This document shows positions 59,336 through 64,000 of a stretch of 64,000 bases of DNA, in pieces. The stretch comes from the human T2T-CHM13v2.0 reference genome, Homo sapiens. The stretch lies in the NCBI RefSeq assembly GCF_009914755.1, contig NC_060947.1, one strand, 5' to 3'. Numbering within the stretch: the first letter of the stretch is position 1; every line of letters begins with the position of its first letter. The notes below the pieces were generated by a model. That model did not search any database and had not been told where the DNA came from. It worked only from the letters and a program-made list of their open reading frames with translations. The position numbers were made by a program, and so were the translations under genes.

Positions 59336-59934
59336 CTTCTACATTATGCATATAATATATATGTAGTCAATATTGGAACACTTAAATATATAAAGCAAAT
59401 ATTAACAGAATAGAATACAGAAATAGACAGCAATACAGTAGGGGACATCAATACCCCACGTTCAACTATGTATAAATAATCCAGGGAGAAAATAAAGAAA
59501 GACACAGTATACTTGAACCCCATAGTCCAAAAGGACCTAACAGGCATATACAGAACATTCCATCCAACACTTGTAGAATATATATTCTTTACAAGAGTAC
59601 ATGAAACATTGTCCACAATCAATCACATATTGGGCCACAAACAAGTCTTAAGAAATTCAAGAAAATTAAAATCATATCAAGTATCTTTTGCAGCCACATG
59701 ATATAAAACTAGAAATCAGTAACAGGAAGAAAATTGGAAAATATGCAAATGTGTAAGTACACAAGACACTCCTGAACAACATGTTGTTTTCCTGATAGTG
59801 AATAAGTCTTACAAGATATGATGGTTTTTAATTAAATTCCAAACATACATATAACACAGAAGAATATATAACAAATATATGTGTTCACCACTATAGATTG
59901 AGCAGATGATGCCATCTTGCTATATAGGTTTTAT

Positions 59935-60294
59935 ATATTTAAAGAAAAATAATAAGTATTTTGGTCCAAAGTTCTGCAGGCTATATGAGAAACATGGTGC
60001 CAGCATATGCTTGGCTTCTGGTGAGGGTCTCAGGAAGCTTTCAATCATGGCAGAAGGTGAAGAGGAGCCAGTGTGTCATGTGGTGAGGAGGAATAAAGTG
60101 TTATACTCTTTTAAACAACCAGATCTCCTGTGAACTCAGAGGGAGAACTCACTCATTACCATGAGAAGGGCACCAAGCCATTCATGAGGGATCCGCCCCC
60201 ATGACCCAAACATCTCCCAGTAGGCTCCCCCTCCAACACTGGGAATCACATTTCAACATGAGATTTGGAGAGGACGCACATTCAAACCGTATCA
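59935..60294 (-). mobile_element. MST (MSTB-like) LTR, partial
   Basis: gttctgcaggct...cttctggtgagggtctcaggaagctt...tttcaacatgagatttggagaggac...aaccgtatca. Confidence 0.88.
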
Positions 60295-61935
60295 CCTCAG
60301 CTATATACAAATATCTGTTTGAGTATGTGGACCACCTAACTCAGTCTTTTGACTGATTTCTTCTCTCTACTGTGTGATTTATCTACCTGAAGAGTTTATT
60401 TTCATTGACTGTATTTCAGCAGTCTCTTCATAGAAAATTTACTCTTCAGTCAAGGGTTCACCTTTCTATAGTGTGTCTGTGTTTTTAAGGGTAGCCACAA
60501 CTTTCAAATTTAGCTTCTACCTTTATACCAAATAATCCTGCTAGAAGAGCCAATAGCCCAAGTTCTGATGGTTGGGACATGGTGCTTGGCTGAGTAAGCG
60601 TGATTCTTGGGGACATGTGGAATGGTGGATATGACCCTGGCAGGTGGCTTGCAGTAGGGGTGAGAATGTGTTGGAGTATTTGGCATGGCAGTATGGTGGA
60701 GACATCCATGTGCCCCTGCAGAGCCAGCAGGAGTGAGGAAGCACAATTATGCTAATAAGAAAAGGCCTGATTCCGTTGCTGTTATGATGTGACAAGACAA
60801 GAATGGACTTAGGTCTAAACCTGTGCTTTTTAAGTAATTTATCAATCTGTAAGTATAAGTGGCAATACCACATATGAAGTCCCGAGGGAGACAAAAGCAG
60901 ATTTTAGGTCCTGTTCCTCACCCTTGATGCAGTTTAGAACCTACAGAAAAGAAAAGATCTACACAAAAGTACCAATTTAAGAACAGATTTTAAAAGTTCT
61001 ACAAGAAAAAGAAATATCTTTGATGATAAACAGCTGATTGTATCAGTTGCTATCACTGATTTTGCTTAACCAAGTCTTCTCAATGTACTATATCTAAAGT
61101 GACTTAAATATCTGCTCATTTTTTTCCTGTGTAAAATGATTTCAGATAATAGCAAAAATGAACTTTGTACTTGCTTTGTATCTTTGCAATTGTTTATCCA
61201 ATTGGTTTCATTCACAAGTAATGAAATGTGAAGGTGCCTAGCAGTCCATTAACATATATAAGAGGATGAACACTATGTACAAAGTCTAAAACATTTACAT
61301 TAACTGGACAAAATGTGAGTTTTTGCTTCCCATCATAAGATTCTAAGATATTGGAATATGCTGTTAATAACCACTACTATGAATAAAAGAACCCATATAC
61401 ATATATATCTATGTTACACATTCTATGTGTGTATGTATTTATATATATTACTAATTTTCCATTATATCAAATGTATATTCCTGTGTTAAATATGGATGAG
61501 AGGATGAAAATCATAAATATCTGTGTTCTCTGAAAAAATGGTATGTTTTTTAATATGGAAAGGTTAATTAAAAGTTATGAGGGCTGGTAAATCGGAAAGT
61601 CATTTTGTATAGTTTATTTCATCTAAATATATATATATTTAATGAGTGAATAAAATGAGGTCAGCAACTTTCTTTGTTTGCATTCTCAGGTTTCATTTCT
61701 TTCCTCAATAGTGTGGCATAAGAGGACAGTTAGGTTGGGACAACAGCTTGACAGAAGGGAAAAGGAGTATCAGTGTTGTGGGGAAAATAATTTATTGATG
61801 AAGAACTGTCCTCCCTAAGAAGAAAAGCAGAGAGCTGCCATTTACAGTTCCCCACTGGTTCCCTGAGTGGTCACTGTCTCAGAGACCTGAAGTGAGGATT
61901 AAACATTGGAAGGAGGGAGGAAATGGCAGGGTGTT

Positions 61936-62300
61936 TGATATGGTTTGGCTCTGTGTCCCCACCCAAATCTCATCTTGAATTGTAATCCCCAGGCGTCCAG
62001 GGAGGGAGCTGGTGAGAGGTGATTGGATCATGGGGGCGGTTTCCCCTATGCTGTCCTCATAATAGTGAGTTCTCACAAGATCTGATGGCTTTATAAGGGG
62101 CCTTTCCTCCTTCACTTTCTCCTCTCTCTCCTGCCGCCATGTGAAGAAGGTTTTTGCTTCCCCTTCGCCTTCTGCCATGATTATAAGTATCCTTAGGCCT
62201 CCCTAGCCATGTGGAACTGTGAGTCAATTAAACCTCTTTCCTTTAGAAATTACCCAGTCTTGGGTTTGTCTTTATAGCAGTGTGAAAATGGACTAATACA
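61936..62300 (+). mobile_element. THE1/MST MaLR solo LTR
   Basis: TGATATGGTTTGGCTCTGTGTCCCCACCCAAATCTC...GGACTAATACA; degenerate TSD gtgtt/atatt. Confidence 0.95.
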
Positions 62301-62699
62301 ATATTATGAAAGACTCTTCCATTTATTATCATGTCTCTCTCATTTCCACAGGCCAAAAATGATATTAGAATACCTGTGATACGTGCATCATAAACTGTCC
62401 ACATTACAGAATAAGCAAATTAATTGAAATTCTAAAGCACTTATTTTTTACTCTGGTTATAAAATTCAACTGATGTGGGAGTTTTGGGGGTTCATTAAAA
62501 AAATTTGGCCTTTAAAGTTTTAAAAATCAATCTTCTTTTACTATAATACTCTAATAGTTTCACATATAAGGTGAAACTTCATTCCTGAAAGTGAAACTCT
62601 AGTGAAATAAAAGAAGTGTATAATACCTATGTTTTCATATAAATGCCAAAATTGGTTGTTGTTCGTGGTTTTATTTATAAGTGCAACATTTACCACAAA

Positions 62700-63200
62700 A
62701 TTCCTTAGATCACTGCAGTCTACTGCTGGTATTTACTTTCCAGGATTATTATTTGTGGAGGTCGATAAATGATTAACTGCAGCTTATTTTGTTTCAGCTA
62801 TGGCATCGGATAAACTGCATTTCTCACTTTGTCTTCTCAGCAGTTGTGTGGATTATGGAGATGAGCTGTGGCTCTAGCGGAAAATGCATCATTTATACAT
62901 GTCAGGTGGATGGCATCACGCTCCTGTTCTGGGCTTTTTCACAGAGGCTGTGAGATTTATGACCATCATAAAGCCTTTTCGCCCCCATAGATCATGTTGG
63001 TAGAATACACATACCTTTTCTGGACTTCACCCCTTCCAAAAGCAGCCGGAATCAGAACAAGGTGCTATTTTGGTAATTTTTTCCCCCAGAGAGAGAGAAA
63101 ATTACTCCATCCCCCTAAAATTTTCCCCTACGGCCAAACAGCTAATTATTCAAACTAAATAGAGAAATCTAGCTGATTATTTTTCCTTTTCAACATGTTT
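62700..63200. promoter_or_regulatory. Candidate conserved non-coding element or enhancer
   Basis: No recognisable repeat, 7 CpGs in 62760-63135, and clustered homeodomain-like motifs. Function is inferred only. Confidence 0.35.
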
Positions 63201-63950
63201 TCTTTGAGAAAAACATGTATTTATTTTTATGAAAAGCTTTTTTAAAGTAAAAGGTGTTAAATTGCTTAGCTTGGCAGAACTACTAGGATAAAACGCATGT
63301 CCACACACAGAGCTGTTTTTGCTAATGTTCTCTCCAAGTCTCAGGAATATATATGTAGCTCAATTTGTCTTATACATGTAGATGTTTATCTGTCATTGGT
63401 ATCACGTAATCAGAAAATAATTTTCAAAATTGGAGACCCCTCCTGAGGCAGTCATATGTTTTAAGGCAATTCAAGCTTTCACTTTATAGGATAACTAAGT
63501 CAAAGCTGCCATTCACGAATTAACTACTTAGAAAGTGCAAGGCAGTGTTTGATTTCTCCTTCTTTCAATCTATCCTGCCTCTGTCCCTCTCTCCCCAGCA
63601 AGGCAAACAGGAATAAAACCTGATCTATAACTTTAGCAAAAAGAAAAACATAAACAAAAGAATACACACCATAATAAATGATTATTTATTACAGCAGAAT
63701 AACTTGATTACCTGACTAAGAAAATGGATATAGCTTTTATAAAGGAGATGTTGTTTGAGCTGGGGTTTTCTGGATATATATTGCCCTTCTGGCTGGAATT
63801 TTTCTATCAGTAAGAAAACAAAAAAATCTGCAAATCAAAATATTAAAAATATAGGTAGTGGAGCATGTAGAATCAGAGAAAATATAAAAATATGTTTGAA
63901 CCACTCAGATATACTAACAGAGGTACTGGCTATATCTAGATCTATCTTGA

Positions 63951-63998
63951 TACGTGCACACGTGCATACTCATGCACGCGCGCGCACACACACACACA
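63951..63998. repeat. Largely alternating purine-pyrimidine (CA/CG)n tract
   Basis: Direct reading. Confidence 0.9.
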
Positions 63999-64000
63999 GC

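Larger units (their letters stand above)
57690..59780 (+). mobile_element. L1M ORF1, inter-ORF and endonuclease fragments, split by two THE1 LTRs
   Basis: DKEFKI (ORF1); ctttaaatgtaaatggatt; ctacaagagactcacttc; DLTGIYRTFHPT (ORF 59513). Confidence 0.85.

Noticed and set aside
60485-60894. Three overlapping minus-strand ORFs in unique, slightly GC-richer sequence
   Set aside because: No recognisable domain, no convincing exon boundaries, and no poly-A or TSD to suggest a retrocopy.

Overview
AT-rich primate (human-like) genomic DNA, intergenic or deep intronic, and mostly transposon fossils. I find no host protein-coding exon, rRNA, tRNA or CRISPR array. Every ORF in the track that I recognise is a LINE-1, Tigger, Alu or LTR remnant. 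Main elements: two head-to-tail near-full-length dead L1s (10.9-18.8 kb, L1PA15/16-like; 19.8-26.2 kb, L1PA12-like); a full-length Tigger1 broken by a young twin-primed L1PA3-like insertion and an Alu; a near-complete Tigger3/Golem whose transposase gene is interrupted by its own Tigger3a MITE; an internally deleted L1MA2-like element carrying an LTR inside an LTR; and many solo LTRs, Alus, MIRs and MER3/MER2 copies. I cannot support a new biological system. The best leads are the MITE inside its parent, the nested insertions, several templated-insertion or duplication scars, a duplicated Pol III B-box in an Alu, and a repeat-free island with retained CpGs and homeodomain-like motifs at about 62.7-63.2 kb. 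Family names come from my recall of consensus sequences, not from a database search, and boundaries of old elements are approximate.
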